64,000 nucleotides of DNA from Hymenobacter sp. (GTDB lineage Bacteria > Bacteroidota > Bacteroidia > Cytophagales > Hymenobacteraceae). Below are positions 46,461 to 56,268 of this stretch, in pieces. The first letter of the stretch is position 1. Every line of letters begins with the position of its first letter. Under the pieces are notes generated by a model, which was not told the origin of the DNA, did not search any database, and saw nothing but the letters and a program-made list of their open reading frames with translations. Position numbers and translations under genes: made by a program. The stretch covers positions 4,415-68,414 of the forward strand of contig NZ_JANNOD010000043.1 in NCBI RefSeq assembly GCF_031398885.1. The letters are read 5' to 3'.

Positions 46461-47474
46461 CTACGTCAGCTTCAGGCGCGGGTCGGGGCTGGTGAGCTGG
46501 GTGGCGAAGTCGCCGGCTTCGTACTGGAAATGCGCGGTCATGGCCACCATGGCGGCGTTGTCGGTGCAAAAGGCGAAGTCCGGGATGAACACCTGCCAGC
46601 CCTGGGCCCCGGCTTCGGCTTCGAGGGCGGCGCGCAGGCCGGAGTTGGCGGCCACGCCGCCGGCCAGGGCCACTTGGGTGAGGCCGGTGTCGGCGGCGGC
46701 GCGGCGAAGCTGGCGCAACAGCGTGGCCACGATGGTGTGCTGGATGCTGGCGCAGAGGTCGGCCAGGTTCTCGGCCACAAAATCGGGGCGGGCGGCGGTT
46801 TCTTTTTTCAGAAAGTAGAGCACCGCCGTTTTCAGGCCGCTGAAGGAGAAGTCGTAGCCCGGCATGGCGCCCACCGGGAAAACGAAGCGCAGCGGGTTGC
46901 CCGCCCGGGCCAGCCGGTCGAGGTGCGGGCCGCCGGGGTACGGCAGGTCGAGCAGCTTGGCGGTTTTATCAAAAGCCTCGCCGGCGGCGTCGTCGATGGT
47001 CTGGCCCATTACCTCCATGGCCATGGCCGACTTCACCACCACCAACTGGGTGTGGCCGCCGCTCACGGTGAGGCAGAGAAACGGAAACGCGGGCTTGGGG
47101 TCGCGCAGGAAATGGGCCAGGACGTGGGCGCGCATGTGGTTGACGGCCAGCAGCGGCTTCCCCAAAGCCAGGGCCAGGGTTTTGGCAAACATGCCGCCCA
47201 CTAGCAAGGAGCCCAGCAAGCCCGGCCCTTGGGTCACGGCCACCGCGTCGAGGTCGGCTTTGGTGAGGCCAGCTTCTTTGAGCGCCGCCGTGACGACGGG
47301 CAACAGGTGCTGCTGGTGGGCGCGCGAAGCCAGCTCGGGCACCACGCCGCCGTACTGCTCGTGTACTTTTTGGGTGGCCACCACGTTGCTCAGCAACTGG
47401 CCGCCGGCCAGCACGGCCGCGCCGGTGTCGTCGCACGAAGATTCAATGGCAAGGATGATGGGGTGGGCGGGCAT
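46461..47474 (-). CDS. tsaD: tRNA N6-adenosine threonylcarbamoyltransferase
   Basis: LAIESSCDDT, GGVVPELASRAH, NHMRAH, VSGGHT, DDAAGEAFDK, TDNAAM. Confidence 0.97.
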   Translation of the reverse strand: MPAHPIILAIESSCDDTGAAVLAGGQLLSNVVATQKVHEQYGGVVPELASRAHQQHLLPVVTAALKEAGLTKADLDAVAVTQGPGLLGSLLVGGMFAKTLALALGKPLLAVNHMRAHVLAHFLRDPKPAFPFLCLTVSGGHTQLVVVKSAMAMEVMGQTIDDAAGEAFDKTAKLLDLPYPGGPHLDRLARAGNPLRFVFPVGAMPGYDFSFSGLKTAVLYFLKKETAARPDFVAENLADLCASIQHTIVATLLRQLRRAAADTGLTQVALAGGVAANSGLRAALEAEAGAQGWQVFIPDFAFCTDNAAMVAMTAHFQYEAGDFATQLTSPDPRLKLT

Positions 47475-47828
47475 GGGCGGACAATGGTTAGGCGGGGCGC
47501 TCCGGCCGCGGTGCCGGGCACGTGCGGCCCGGCCGAGCCGCTTAAACCCGCTGCGTTACCAAGCCTCAAAGGTAGTGGCGCGAGCCGGGGCGCCGGCCAC
47601 GGAAACGCGGCGAGCCGGGCGGCTGGGCCAGTGCCGGGGGTCGAAACACCCCCGGGAACTGGCCGGCTGCCCCGCCGGGCCAGGGCATAAAGGAGTTGAA
47701 CCCCCGCTTACCCGTGGCCGTTCCCTTGGCTTGATGCTTGGCTACGCCGACCTGCGGTTGCCGGTAACGGCTAAAAAACCGCAACTTTGCGGATTCACCC
47801 GCGTTTCCTGCTCACATCTCCTGCTCTG

Positions 47829-50800
47829 GTGCGTCGTTTTTTCTCCATTGTGCTGAAAGTGCTGCTGGGCCTCGGGCTGCTGGCGGTGCTGGCCGTGGTG
47901 GCGGCGCTGGTGGCCCTGCGGGTGCCGAGCGTGCAGACCCGGCTGGCCCACAGGGCGGCCGACGTGCTCACGGAAAAGCTGGGCCAGCGGGTCATCATCG
48001 GGCGGGTAGACGTGCGGCCCTTCACGCGGGTGCTGCTGGATGGGGTGCGGGTGCTGGACCGGCGCGGCGGCGAGCTGCTGAGCATCGGGCGGGCCGACGC
48101 CAACATTGCCCTGTTCTCGGTGTTTGACCCGCGGCACCTGCACATCAGCACGCTTACGCTCAATGAGCCGCGGTTTGCGCTGAAGAACCTGCCGGGCCAG
48201 CCCGACTCCACCACCTTCAGCCAGCTGACGGCGGCGGTGCGGCGGCTGCTGGGGCCGTCCACCGACACGACTAAAAAGGCGCCGTTCGATTTTCAGATTG
48301 CGGCCGTGGCCCTGCGCAACGGCCACTTCGCCATCGAGAAAGCCGACGAGCCGCGCGACAAAAACTACGGCAAGAGCGTCGACTACGACCACCTGCGGGT
48401 GGACAGCATCTACGCCGACATCTCGCGGGTGCGGCTGGGCGACACCCTGGGCCTGCGCATCAGCCAGCTGCACGCCGTGGAGACGCCCTCGGGCACGCAG
48501 CTGCGCGAAATCTCGGCCGACATGCGCTACCGCGCCGGGCATTTCTGGGAATTCCGGGACCTGAGCCTGCGCGTGGGCCGCAGTCAGATTAAGAATTATT
48601 TGCGGTTTGAATTCCGGGAGTTTGGCAACTTTTCGGACTACAACGACTCGGTGCGGACCATCGCCCGGCTGCGCGGCGCGCGGGTGTACACCGACGACAT
48701 CGCCAAGTTTGCCCCCGACCTGGCCACGCTGCACGAGTCGGTCACCCTGTCCGGCGACGCTTCGGGCTACGTGCGCGACTTCAAAGTGAACAACCTGGAC
48801 GTGCGCTACGGACGGGGCACGCACATCGTGGCCAAGCGCGCCCACGCGGACAACCTGCCCAACTTTCGCGAGGCGTTTGTCGACCTGCGTTTGCTGCCCT
48901 CGGTGGTGCTCACCAGCGACTTGAAAAAGTGGCTGCCGGCCTCGGCCAACAAACTGGTGCAGCGCCTGGGCCGCGTGCAGCTGCAGGGCCAGGTGCTAGG
49001 TTTCTACAACGACTTCGTGGCCAACGCCTCGTTCGACACCGCCCTGGGCTTCGTGGCCACCGACGTGAACCTCAAGACCAAAACCGACCTGACGCACGCG
49101 GTGTACGCGGGCACCGTGCGCAGCAATGCCTTCCAGGTGGGCCGGTTCATTGGGGACGAGTCGGTGGTTCGGGACGTGACCCTGAACGGGCGCGTGGCCG
49201 GGGTGGGCTTCGAGCCGCGGCTGGCGCAGGGCCGGGCCACCATCGCGGTGCCCGCCATCTGGCTGCGGGGCCACCGCTACCGCAACATCGGGTTCGACGG
49301 CGACTTCCGGCCCCAGCACTTCAACGGCCACCTGAGCGTGAACGACCCCGCCGTGCGCCTCGTGGCCGACGGCCGCGTCGACCTGGAGCGCCAGCACGAA
49401 AACATCGACGTGAAGACGACCGTTGCCCACGCCGACCTGCGCGCCCTGGGCCTCACCCAGCAGCCGCTGACCGTGGCCACCACGGCCGTCCTCAAGTTCA
49501 AGGGCGTGCAGCTCGACTCGCTCATCGGCTACGCCCGCCTGCGCCGGTCGCGCTTCACGCTGGCCGGCCGCCAGCTGCGCCTCGACACCCTGGACGCGAC
49601 GAGCACCCGCAACAGCCGCAACGAGCGGCGCGTGACCGTGCGCTCGGAAGCCGTGGACGCCCGCCTGGCCGGCACCTTCAACACCTCCGACGTGGTGCGC
49701 GACGTGCAGACGCTGCTCACCGAGTACCGGCTCAACTTCGAGAGCAACGCCACGGCCACCGCCAACTACTACCGCCAGAAGCGCCAGCGGGCCCTGCCGG
49801 TGTACCAGGTAGACTTGGTGCTGAATTTGAAAAAGCCCAACCCGGTGCTGGCCTTGTTCGTGCCCGAGCTGCAAGTGGCCAACGGCAGCCGCATCGACGG
49901 CTCGTTCCGCAACGGTGAAACCTCGATTTTGCAGCTCGGCGGCCACCTCGACAGCCTGCGCTACGGCCCCGTGCAGACGATAAACAACGACTTCGACTTC
50001 CTGACCTCGAAGCTGCCCTACAAGCCCGAGGTGCTGGCCCAGGCCAGCATCACGAGCGAGCGGCAGGTGCTGCCCGGGCTGGGGCGCACCGAAAAGTTTT
50101 TCGTGGAAGGCGTGTGGGACAACCAGCGCATCAACTTCTCCACGGCCCTGGCCCAGACGGGCACTACCAACAAGGCCACCATCAACGGCTCGCTGGGGTT
50201 CCTGCCGCGGGCGGTGGAGGTGGTGTTTCGCCAGTCGGGCCTGCACCTGCTGGACAAAGACTGGACGATTGCGGCCGACAACGCGGTGCGCATTTCCGAC
50301 TACGGCCGCGAGTTCGACATTCAGAACCTGACCTTTAGCAACGGCGTGCAGTTTGTGGGGGCGCAGGGCTTCATCTCCGCCGATGCCAGCAAGCCGCCGC
50401 TGCAGCTCCAGGTGAAAGATTTCGAGCTGGGCACCCTCAACAGCCTGACCGGGCAGCAGTTGGGCGGCCGCGTGAACGCGCAGGGCACCGTGAGCGGCGT
50501 GTACGGCCCGCTCACCATCGAGAGCACCCTGGGCGTGGATTCGCTGAGCTACGACGGCACGCTGATTGGGCAGGTGGCCGGGCAAGGCAACTGGGACAAC
50601 GCCGCCGGCAAGCTGCGCGTGAACCTCGACGTGGCCCGCGCCGGGCAGTCGGTGCTCACGGTGCTGGGCGACCTGGCGCCGAAGGACGCCACCAACCAGT
50701 TCAACCTGACGGGCACGCTCAACGACGCGCCCATTGTGCTGGCCCAGCCGTTTCTGGGCTCGTTGTTCAAGAACCTGGGCGGCACCGGCCGGGGCGAGCT

Positions 50801-52445
50801 GCGGCTCACGGGCCTGTTCGGGGCGCCCAACCTGCTGGGGCACGTGGACGTGCGCAACGGCCGCCTCACCTTCGGCTACCTGGGCACGACCTACACGTTT
50901 TCGGACCGCATCAGCTTCACCAACCGCTCCATTGAGTTCCGCAACATCCGCCTGCGCGACGCGCTGGGCAACACCGGCACCGTGGACGGCATCGTGCGCC
51001 ACCGCGGCTTCAAGGACATGAGCCTGGACATTGCGGCCAGCTTCCGCAAGATGCAGGTGCTCAGCACCACGCGCCGCGACAACGACCTGTACTTCGGCAC
51101 GGCCTACGCCACAGGCACGGCCCGCGTGACGGGGCCCACCGACGACCTGAACATTACGGTGCGGGCCAGCAGCGAGGCGGGCACCCGCGTGTCGCTGCCG
51201 CTCGACAACGCCGCCAAGGCCCAGAAAGCGGGCTACATCAAATTCGTTAACAACAACCCGGTGGGCGACACGGTCATCGTCAAAAAAGCCGTGGCGGTTA
51301 CGGACAAGGTGGACTTGTCGGGCCTCACGCTCAACATGAACCTGACCATCACGCCGGAGGCCTACCTGGAAATCCTGCTCGACGAAAGCACCGGCGACGT
51401 CATTCGCGGCTCGGCGGCCGGGCAGCTGCGCATGGCCATCGACACGCGGGGCGAGTTCAACATGTACGGCCAGGTGGAAATCGTGCGCGGCGCCTACAAT
51501 TTCACCCTGCAAGGGTTAGTAAACAAGGAGTTTGTGGTGCGGCCGGGCGGCCTCATTTCCTGGAACGGCGACCCGCTGGCCGGCGAAATGAACGTGACGG
51601 CGACGTACACCCAGCGCACCTCGCTGGCGCCCGTGCTCCCCGGGGACCGAAGCGCCGCCTCCGTAGTGCCCGTCACGGCCGTGATGACGCTGACCGGGCC
51701 GTTGCTGCTGCCGGCCATCCGGCTGGGGCTGGAGTTCAACGACGCGCCGGGCGCGCTGCAGGGCCTGCTGGCGGGCTTCACGACCTCGCTGCGCAACGAC
51801 GAGCAAGAGCTGAACCGGCAGGTGTTCAGCCTGCTGGTGTTCAAGCAGCTCTCGCCGCTGGGCTCCTTTGGCAACACCATTTCCCTGCGCGGCCAGGACA
51901 ACACCGTGCAGAACAGCCTGGGCCAGATTTTGAGCACCCAGCTAGGTTTGCTCACCTCGCAAATCGACCAGAACCTGGAAATTGACTTCAACATCAACGG
52001 CCTCAGCGCCGAGCAGCTGCAGGCCCTGCAGGTGCGCCTGAGCTACTCGCTGCTCAACGGCCGCCTGCGCGTGACCCGCGAGGGGGGCTTCACCAGCAAC
52101 GCCAACCTCATCAACGGCACCACCCCGGGCGCGGGCAATACCAACGGCTCCGGCACGGGCAACACCGCCGGCCAGGCTTCGCTGCTGGGCGACCTGAGCT
52201 TGGAGTACTACCTGCGGCCCGACGGTAAGTTCCGCGCCAAACTGCGTTACGAAACCACGCCGCGCGACCTGGAAACCGTGAACCAGCCCCGCGCCGGCCT
52301 CTCGCTGCTGCACACCGAGCAATTCAACACGTTCGGGGAGCTGTTCCGCCGCAAGAACCCCAAGAAGAAGGAGCGCAACACCCAAAAAGCCCGCGACACC
52401 AAGGAAGTGCTGAACGTGGACGAGGACCCGCGGACTAATCTGTAG
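47829..52445 (+). CDS. tamB: Translocation/assembly module TamB (AsmA-like)
   Basis: ~1540 aa, N-terminal TM, beta-taco repeats, C-terminal G.I.W.GDP and ELNRQVFSLL; GTG start inferred. Confidence 0.85.
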   Translation: MRRFFSIVLKVLLGLGLLAVLAVVAALVALRVPSVQTRLAHRAADVLTEKLGQRVIIGRVDVRPFTRVLLDGVRVLDRRGGELLSIGRADANIALFSVFDPRHLHISTLTLNEPRFALKNLPGQPDSTTFSQLTAAVRRLLGPSTDTTKKAPFDFQIAAVALRNGHFAIEKADEPRDKNYGKSVDYDHLRVDSIYADISRVRLGDTLGLRISQLHAVETPSGTQLREISADMRYRAGHFWEFRDLSLRVGRSQIKNYLRFEFREFGNFSDYNDSVRTIARLRGARVYTDDIAKFAPDLATLHESVTLSGDASGYVRDFKVNNLDVRYGRGTHIVAKRAHADNLPNFREAFVDLRLLPSVVLTSDLKKWLPASANKLVQRLGRVQLQGQVLGFYNDFVANASFDTALGFVATDVNLKTKTDLTHAVYAGTVRSNAFQVGRFIGDESVVRDVTLNGRVAGVGFEPRLAQGRATIAVPAIWLRGHRYRNIGFDGDFRPQHFNGHLSVNDPAVRLVADGRVDLERQHENIDVKTTVAHADLRALGLTQQPLTVATTAVLKFKGVQLDSLIGYARLRRSRFTLAGRQLRLDTLDATSTRNSRNERRVTVRSEAVDARLAGTFNTSDVVRDVQTLLTEYRLNFESNATATANYYRQKRQRALPVYQVDLVLNLKKPNPVLALFVPELQVANGSRIDGSFRNGETSILQLGGHLDSLRYGPVQTINNDFDFLTSKLPYKPEVLAQASITSERQVLPGLGRTEKFFVEGVWDNQRINFSTALAQTGTTNKATINGSLGFLPRAVEVVFRQSGLHLLDKDWTIAADNAVRISDYGREFDIQNLTFSNGVQFVGAQGFISADASKPPLQLQVKDFELGTLNSLTGQQLGGRVNAQGTVSGVYGPLTIESTLGVDSLSYDGTLIGQVAGQGNWDNAAGKLRVNLDVARAGQSVLTVLGDLAPKDATNQFNLTGTLNDAPIVLAQPFLGSLFKNLGGTGRGELRLTGLFGAPNLLGHVDVRNGRLTFGYLGTTYTFSDRISFTNRSIEFRNIRLRDALGNTGTVDGIVRHRGFKDMSLDIAASFRKMQVLSTTRRDNDLYFGTAYATGTARVTGPTDDLNITVRASSEAGTRVSLPLDNAAKAQKAGYIKFVNNNPVGDTVIVKKAVAVTDKVDLSGLTLNMNLTITPEAYLEILLDESTGDVIRGSAAGQLRMAIDTRGEFNMYGQVEIVRGAYNFTLQGLVNKEFVVRPGGLISWNGDPLAGEMNVTATYTQRTSLAPVLPGDRSAASVVPVTAVMTLTGPLLLPAIRLGLEFNDAPGALQGLLAGFTTSLRNDEQELNRQVFSLLVFKQLSPLGSFGNTISLRGQDNTVQNSLGQILSTQLGLLTSQIDQNLEIDFNINGLSAEQLQALQVRLSYSLLNGRLRVTREGGFTSNANLINGTTPGAGNTNGSGTGNTAGQASLLGDLSLEYYLRPDGKFRAKLRYETTPRDLETVNQPRAGLSLLHTEQFNTFGELFRRKNPKKKERNTQKARDTKEVLNVDEDPRTNL

Positions 52446-52500
52446 AGTTTTTGGGTGAGGAGGTGAGGGAACAGTGAGGTTGTTTAGCAACCCAAAATAC

Positions 52501-52603
52501 TTGTCATCCTGAGCCTGCGAAGGACCTTCTCACGCCCACGCCGACTGAATTCAGGGCAAACGAAGCAGGCCTGAGAAGGTCCTTCGCAGGCTCAGGATGA
52601 CAA
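52501..52603. repeat. CGTC-type REP doublet
   Basis: TTGTCATCCTGAGCCTGCGAAGGACCTTCTCA / TGAGAAGGTCCTTCGCAGGCTCAGGATGACAA (perfect IR). Confidence 0.85.
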
Positions 52604-52783
52604 TCGACAAAAAATCAAATCATTAGAATTATTACAACAGAAAGGCTTTGGTAGTACGGTCCTGTCCATCTGGCGTCCGCGCAGCCGAAGCATGATAATC
52701 TTAACTGCTACGCCCGCGCTCCAATACCCCACTACCGCGCCGCCTCCTTCGCCTCCCCACCAAAAAAACTACCTTTGCGGAAT

Positions 52784-53674
52784 ATGGCCCTCACTCCCAC
52801 CCGCAAGAAAAAGCTTGGCTCCTACCCCACTCTGCTCGTGGTGTTCAGCATCACGCTGGCCTTGGTGGTGATTGGCTTGTTTGGGCTGCTGCTGCTGCAC
52901 GCCCAGAAGCTGAGCGAGGTGGTGCGCGAAAACCTGGAGGTGCAGGTCTACCTCGACCGCGACCTGCCCGAAACCGAGCTGCTGCGCCTGCAGCAGGACC
53001 TGGGCCAGCAGCCCGGCGTGGCCGAGCGGGCCGGCAAGCCCCAAATCCGCTTCGTGAGCAAGGAAGAGGGCGCCCGCCAGCTCCTGCAAAGCACCGGCGA
53101 GGACTTCCGCCAGTTCCTGGGCGACAACCCGCTGCGCGACGCCTACGTGCTCAAAATCAAGCCCGGCTACACCGACACCCTGCACCTGCGCCAGCTGGAG
53201 CGCGGCCTGGCCGCCCAGCGCGGCGTGTTCGAGGTGCAGTACCCGCAGAGCCTGTTCAGCAGCATCAACGAAAACCTGACCCGGGTGAGCCTCGTGCTGC
53301 TGGGCTTCGCGGCGGTGCTGGTGCTGGTGGTGGTCATCCTGATTAACAATACGATTAAGCTGGCGCTGTTTTCGCAACGCTTTCTTATCCGCTCCATGCA
53401 ACTGGTGGGCGCCACACGGCTCTTTATCCAGCAGCCGTTTTTGCGACGGGCCACCTGGCAAGGGCTCACCAGCGGCGTGCTGGCAGCCCTGCTGCTGGTG
53501 GCGCTGCTGCAATACGCCTACCTGGAAGTGGAGCCGCTGCGCCTGCTGCGCGACGACCTACGGCTGGGCCTGCTGCTGCTGGCCGTGGTGGGCCTGGGCG
53601 TGGTCATCGGCTTCTTCAGCTCGGCCCGCGCCGTGCACAAGTACCTGAAAATGTCGCTCGACGAACTGTATTAA
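52784..53674 (+). CDS. ftsX: Cell division permease FtsX
   Basis: Four-TM pattern, FLGDNPLRDA, LINNTIKLALFSQRFLIRSMQLVGAT. Confidence 0.93.
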   Translation: MALTPTRKKKLGSYPTLLVVFSITLALVVIGLFGLLLLHAQKLSEVVRENLEVQVYLDRDLPETELLRLQQDLGQQPGVAERAGKPQIRFVSKEEGARQLLQSTGEDFRQFLGDNPLRDAYVLKIKPGYTDTLHLRQLERGLAAQRGVFEVQYPQSLFSSINENLTRVSLVLLGFAAVLVLVVVILINNTIKLALFSQRFLIRSMQLVGATRLFIQQPFLRRATWQGLTSGVLAALLLVALLQYAYLEVEPLRLLRDDLRLGLLLLAVVGLGVVIGFFSSARAVHKYLKMSLDELY

Positions 53675-53776
53675 TTTAGTTGTCAGTTATTGGTTGTCAG
53701 TTGTCAGGCCACTGAACTTGACTTTTCGCCAAAAACCGACACCTAACAACTGACAACTAAAAACTGACAACTAAAC
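53675..53776. repeat. GTTGTCA/TGACAAC heptamer palindrome
   Basis: TTTAGTTGTCAGTTATTGGTTGTCAGTTGTCAG ... CTAACAACTGACAACTAAAAACTGACAACTAAA. Confidence 0.88.
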
Positions 53777-53779
53777 CCT

Positions 53780-54085
53780 ATGCAACCTGCTCCCCGTTTT
53801 GCCTTCGGGCCCCGCAATTACCGCCTCATGTGGCTCGGCCTGGGCCTGCTCGCGGCCGGCTTCATCACCATGATGTTCGGCGACAAGGAAAATTACGGCG
53901 AGGATTTCGTGGGCATCACGCTCGGCCCGCTGCTGCTGCTGGCCGGCTTTGGGGTGGAGTTTGCCGCCATTCTGGTGCGCGACCAAACCCTGGTGGCGAC
54001 CACCGACGCCCCGGTAGCCACCCCGGCCACCGCCGCTGCCCCGGCCGCCGCCCCAGTGGCCGCGCCCGCCTACAAGCGCCTGTAA
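53780..54085 (+). CDS. DUF3098-family membrane protein
   Basis: FAFGPRNYRLMWLGL...ITLGPLLLLAGF; conserved ftsX-X-uppP position. Confidence 0.8.
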   Translation: MQPAPRFAFGPRNYRLMWLGLGLLAAGFITMMFGDKENYGEDFVGITLGPLLLLAGFGVEFAAILVRDQTLVATTDAPVATPATAAAPAAAPVAAPAYKRL

Positions 54086-54160
54086 ATTAGTGATGATTGA
54101 TTAGTGGTAAGTGATTAATCTCCAACACTCATCACTCATCACTAACCCCTAATCACTAAA
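54086..54160. repeat. AGTGAT(T/G)-type heptamer palindrome
   Basis: ATTAGTGATGATTGATTAGTGGTAAGTGATT ... CACTCATCACTCATCACTAACCCCTAATCACTAA. Confidence 0.8.
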
Positions 54161-54161
54161 A

Positions 54162-54992
54162 ATGACTTACTGGCACGCGCTGCTCCTGGCCATCGTGGAG
54201 GGCCTCACCGAGTTCTTGCCCGTGTCCAGCACCGGGCACATGATTATTGCCTCGGCGCTGCTGGGCATCCCGGCCACGCCGTTCACCAAGCTGTACCTGG
54301 TGGTCATTCAGCTGGGGGCCATCCTGTCGGTGCTGGTGGTGTACTGGAAGCGGTTTTTTCAGAGTCTGGACTTCTATTTGAAGCTGCTGGTGGCGTTTCT
54401 GCCGGTGGTGGTGGTGGGGCTGCTGCTGAAGAAATACATCGACGCACTGCTCGAATCGGTGCCCGTGGTGGCGTTCATGCTGCTGTTTGGCGGGGTGGTG
54501 TTGCTGTTCATTGACCGCTGGTTTCCGCAGCAGGACGCCAACGCAGGCGGGCGCCCGGTCACGAACCCAGGCTGGCGGCAGGCGTTCACCATCGGCGTGT
54601 TTCAGTGCCTGGCCGTGGTGCCCGGTGTGAGCCGTTCGGCGGCTACCATCATCGGCGGCCTCACCCAGAAGCTCACCCGCCAGGCCGCGGCCGAGTTTGC
54701 CTTTTTCCTAGCCATGCCCACCATGGCGGCGGCGGCGGCCAAGGACCTCTACGACTACTATAAAGACGCCCACGCCCAGGGCCTGCGCCTGGCCGACTTG
54801 TTCACGGCCGAGCAGGTGAAGCTGCTGGCGCTGGGCAACGTGGCGGCGTTTGTGGTGGCGCTGCTGGCCATTCGGGTGTTCGTGGGCTTCGTAACGAAAT
54901 ACGGCTTCCGGGCCTTCGGCATCTACCGTATCATCGCGGGCGGCCTGCTGCTGCTGATGCTAGGGCTGAGCATTCCGCTGAAAATGGTATGA
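54162..54992 (+). CDS. uppP: Undecaprenyl-diphosphatase
   Basis: [42 protein letters not shown]. Confidence 0.96.
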   Translation: MTYWHALLLAIVEGLTEFLPVSSTGHMIIASALLGIPATPFTKLYLVVIQLGAILSVLVVYWKRFFQSLDFYLKLLVAFLPVVVVGLLLKKYIDALLESVPVVAFMLLFGGVVLLFIDRWFPQQDANAGGRPVTNPGWRQAFTIGVFQCLAVVPGVSRSAATIIGGLTQKLTRQAAAEFAFFLAMPTMAAAAAKDLYDYYKDAHAQGLRLADLFTAEQVKLLALGNVAAFVVALLAIRVFVGFVTKYGFRAFGIYRIIAGGLLLLMLGLSIPLKMV

Positions 54993-55144
54993 CGCTGCGC
55001 TTGTGCTGCGCTTAATGAAGAATGAGGAATGAAGAATGAAGAGTTGACTGCCCCGAACGAAGAATTGGAGGGGAAAAACGAGACAATGGCGGAGGGCAAT
55101 GCTGCCGCGCAAAATTCCTCATTCCTCAATCTTCATTCTTCATT
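54992..55144. repeat. AATGA[G/A]G heptamer palindrome overlapping the truB 5' end
   Basis: GACGCTGCGCTT-GT-GCTGCGCTT-AATGAAG-AATGAGG-AATGAAG-AATGAAG ... TTCCTCATTCCTCAATCTTCATTCTTCATT. Confidence 0.88.
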
Positions 55145-55970
55145 TACAGCCCCTGAAGGGGTCGTTCTGCTGCTCGACAAGCCCCTGACGTGGACTTCGT
55201 TCGACGTGGTGCGCAAGGTGAAGAATGCGCTGCGCATCAAGAAAGTCGGCCACGCCGGCACGCTCGACCCGCTGGCCACTGGCCTGCTCATCCTCTGCAC
55301 GGGCCGCAAAACCAAGGAAATTGACCTGATTCAGGCCCAGGAAAAAGAGTACACCGGCACCTTCCGCCTGGGCGAAACCACCCCCAGCTTCGACCTGGAA
55401 ACCGCCGTGGACCTCGTGCGCCCCTACGCCCACCTCACCGCCGAGCAGATTGCGGCGGCCACGCGGCCCTTCATCGGCACCATTCAGCAAACGCCCCCGC
55501 TGTTTTCGGCCGTTAAAATCGACGGCCAGCGCGCCTACGAGCTAGCCCGCAACGGCCAGCAAGCCGAAATCAAAGCCAAGACGGTGGAAATAAAAACCTT
55601 CGAGCTCACGCGCATCGCGCTGCCCGAAATTGATTTTCGGGTGGTGTGCTCCAAGGGCACCTACATCCGCAGCCTGGCCCGCGACCTGGGCCAGGCCCTG
55701 GGCTGCGGCGCCCACCTCACGCGCCTGGTGCGCACGCGCATCGGCGAGTTTCGGGTGGAGGACGCCTATTCGCTGGACGCCATCGAGGCCCTGCGCCAGC
55801 CCCGGCCCGCCGGCGACCCCCGGCCTGCCCGCCCCGCACGGCCGCGCACGGCCCCCAACCGCGCTGGCTTGCAGTACTTTGCCGCCCTGCAAGCCGATGC
55901 CCTGGCTGCTCAGGAGCACGCAGCCGCGGACGCGCCCGACCCAAAACCCGCGCCGCCGACCGGCAGTTAG
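55029..55970 (+). CDS. truB: tRNA pseudouridine(55) synthase
   Basis: LLDKPLTWTSFDVV, VGHAGTLDPLATG, PPLFSAVK, CSKGTYIRSLA; start is 55029 or 55086. Confidence 0.95.
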   Translation: MKNEELTAPNEELEGKNETMAEGNAAAQNSSFLNLHSSFTAPEGVVLLLDKPLTWTSFDVVRKVKNALRIKKVGHAGTLDPLATGLLILCTGRKTKEIDLIQAQEKEYTGTFRLGETTPSFDLETAVDLVRPYAHLTAEQIAAATRPFIGTIQQTPPLFSAVKIDGQRAYELARNGQQAEIKAKTVEIKTFELTRIALPEIDFRVVCSKGTYIRSLARDLGQALGCGAHLTRLVRTRIGEFRVEDAYSLDAIEALRQPRPAGDPRPARPARPRTAPNRAGLQYFAALQADALAAQEHAAADAPDPKPAPPTGS

Positions 55971-56036
55971 GAAAGCCCGTCTGCTCTTCATAGGCTAGAA
56001 AACCACAGACAGGTTTTTGCAACGGTTTTCAAATTC

Positions 56037-56155
56037 GTGCACGCGGTTCACCTCGTCCCCGACCCCTCTCCCGTGGACAGGGAGGCCAACCATAGGTCGG
56101 TAGCGGCCCCCCTCTCCGCGGGAGAGGGGCTGGGGGTGCGGTGAACCGCGTGCAC
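56037..56155. repeat. CCCCTCTCC...GGAGAGGGG-type REP element with 16-nt perfect outer IR
   Basis: GTGCACGCGGTTCACC / GGTGAACCGCGTGCAC enclosing CCCCTCTCC hairpins. Confidence 0.8.
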
Positions 56156-56268
56156 AAACCTAAGCCCCGCTTTAAGCCGCCCGGCACTGCTCCGCTGCCG
56201 GGTGCCGGGGCAGCCGCCATTACCTTCGCGGCGTTTCGCCAATTCCTCATTCGCTTCCCCGGCGCCCC

